Source of the DNA: Heptranchias perlo
Taxonomy: Eukaryota
Direction: 5' to 3'
NCBI RefSeq assembly: GCF_035084215.1
Contig: NC_090348.1
Location: 38,440,001-38,504,000 of the forward strand
DNA length: 64,000 nucleotides
Part shown: in pieces, positions 61,960 to 64,000 of the stretch
How positions within the stretch are numbered: position 1 is the stretch's first letter
Layout of the letters: every line of letters begins with the position of its first letter
Made by a program: the position numbers and the translations under genes
Notes under the pieces: generated by a model
Databases searched by the model: none
Told to the model about the DNA's origin: nothing
Seen by the model: the letters and a program-made list of their open reading frames with translations, nothing else

Positions 61960-62763
61960 AGGCCAATGTTGGATGAATCTGAATGGCAGTGGGTGTTACC
62001 CATGCTCCTCAGTAACAGGTGGAATCAATCTGTCCTCTGGAAATTACTGTGCCGGATAAATGTCTCTGATTAACTGGAAACCAGTTTTTACAGTCAATCA
62101 GTAGTAAGAACATATCATTTTCACTGCCCCTCAGCGAAGTCAACGTGTATTGTCCTGGGCTTATAATCTCCGTTGAGGGGGGAGTAAGGACTCCTACAAG
62201 CATGCCTCCTTCTATTTGCTTTACCTACAGCTGCAGCTCTGTTTGCTTCTTCCTCCTGCTCCTCCTCCTCTTCCTCTTGCCAGAGTGGAATTGACAGAAG
62301 GCCCCCCATGAAGGATTAAGTGCAATGCCAGAAGCCCCTTCAGAGTTCAGAACGTTCTACAGCAACAACAAATGGTTGGAATTCATCTAAGGTGTGAAAG
62401 AACATTATCCAATGCAAGCAAACTGCCTCCCAAAACTTTCTACCGTTTTACCTGAGAGCTGCGGAGGATCCCTTTAAAATGTCACTGCAAACGGTCACCT
62501 CCTGACTTGTGAGGCCCAGGGTGTGTGGAACAGAAACAGGTGGTAGCAACGCAGGCAGAGACGGGGGTCATAACTACATAATTAGACCCCAATTAGCATA
62601 TATGAATGAGGCCCCTGCCTGTTTCCGGTGGGAGATCTGGCCACTTAGAACGAGGTCCGCCCAGAAATCGGAACGGGCGGAACTGCACCACTTTCATCTC
62701 CTGCACAATTCCGATCCCACCACTGCCCGATTGTTAAACACAAACGGGGCGAAAATCGCCCCC
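61960..62763 (-). mobile_element. Possible PIF/Harbinger transposon left end with a decayed nuclease N-terminus
   Basis: Minus-strand terminus GGGGGCGATTTT at 62763 and a GC-rich subterminal region. ORF 62121..62309 (MGGLLSIPL-polyE-RRR..PY..YKPRTIHVDFAEGQ) resembles, from memory, the start of HARBI1-type nucleases. Confidence 0.45.
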
Positions 62764-63194
62764 ATGGTGATGTATTGGAGGTTGTGGTACTTCCGAGCAA
62801 GTTACATTGACAAGCTACTGATATTTCATTTCTTCAGCAGAAGCTGTCTTTCAGACCAGATTTTGGTGTCAACAGAGCTTTACATACTACTGTTATTTAC
62901 AGATGTGAAGGCATCAGGAAAAGATCTTGGATCCTTTTTTTTTTCATTTACCAGCAATTTTAGATGACATATTTTTGGAAAATTGCAAAATCTGAACTGC
63001 ATTCAAGCCAAACAAAAGGACTGGGAGAATGAAACACAAGATCAAAAGGAACACAATGAACTCGGCCAATTCTTTCTTTGGGGAATCAAAGAGACAGACT
63101 CTGAACAAGCACTTTCAGATCTTCTATTTCATATTGGCCTCACACAATAGGTACGAATATAGATTTGCAGAATTTTTTCTGCTAAGTACTGTAA

Positions 63195-63370
63195 TGGATT
63201 AGTGTCTCGGGATCTTTAACACTCACAGGTTAATGCCCCATCCAACAACAAGGCATTCCTTCGGTATTGCACTGGAGCGTCAACTTAGGTTATGAGCTCC
63301 AACCCTGCGTCGGGGCTTATACCCACAACCGGCTGACGTGAGTGAATGTGCTACCAACTGTACCAAGCTG
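63195..63370 (-). mobile_element. Deu-SINE 5' half, degenerate
   Basis: GTATTGCACTGGAGCGTCAACTTAGGTTATGAGCTC...GGGGCTTATACCCACAACC...GTGCTACCAACTG matches 470-573. Confidence 0.65.
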
Positions 63371-64000
63371 ACACAATTGGAATGCATTGACAGTGCCAGT
63401 GCAACAAATTTTACCTCATTTCAACTGTGATGTGTTGTACGCAGCTATATGACGACAGCGCACGTCACATTCAGGGGCCGATCCTCGTTTGTGGCGCAGG
63501 TCGGGCGGGCAGTAGACTGGTTGCGAATTCAGCCTGTCCGATGATGTCAACAGGAGGCCTAATTGATTTTGTGATCGGGCTTCATTTAACTGCTGGAGAC
63601 AAGCTGCCAGCACTACTTGTAGTGTTTAAAGTCAGCTCGTTGTTTGGTAGGGCAGGTATGCTGATGATGCCTGAGGACCAATTTCTATCCATCCTCAAAC
63701 CTCTCTGTTCAGGTGAGACTAATTTCTAGCCCTCGATAAACTGACTGCCCCAAGCTCATTGTCCCGTTTGAGTCCAATTTCACCCCATGTATATCTTAAG
63801 CTGTCCAGTGTAAACCCTATTGACAAAAGACGTTATATGGCTTCACATCATACAGTAAACTTCAAAGTAGGAACGGTCGGGGATTTATTAACTTACCAAA
63901 GGACTCTTTACTGGGATCTTGCCATTGAGCTGTCTGCATTCCGGAAACCAGTGTTAGGACTGAATTTGTTTTAAATTTAAGACTGTCCGTGGGCTACATA

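Noticed and set aside
1-64000. Prokaryotic systems (operons, CRISPR arrays, defence islands)
   Set aside because: There is no gene-dense coding and no regularly spaced repeat-spacer array. The content is vertebrate TEs.

Overview
This is vertebrate genomic DNA, not microbial. It is intronic or intergenic and dominated by transposable elements. The mix of elements points to a shark or other cartilaginous fish (inference): CR1 LINEs with (ATTCTATG)n-type tails, L2 LINEs, tRNA-headed Deu-domain SINEs of the SacSINE1/AmnSINE1 type, Penelope-like elements (PLEs), a degraded Ty3/Gypsy element and GC-rich inverted-repeat elements. All long ORFs are retroelement fragments, and no host gene can be named. 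Most notable: (i) four PLE remnants carrying minimal type I hammerhead ribozyme motifs, one with an intact core and one forming a tiny hairpin element with a 12-bp target-site duplication (TSD); (ii) a young ~500-bp inverted duplication at 56733-58134 with microhomology junctions; (iii) a near-full-length ~3.2-kb LINE with no ORF1 and a Pol III B-box-like motif in its 5' UTR; (iv) a family of palindromic MITE-like elements and a possible Harbinger transposase remnant; (v) two candidate host 5' exons near 25.6-26.2 kb. I see no convincing wholly new biological system. Boundaries of old repeats are approximate and were read by eye.
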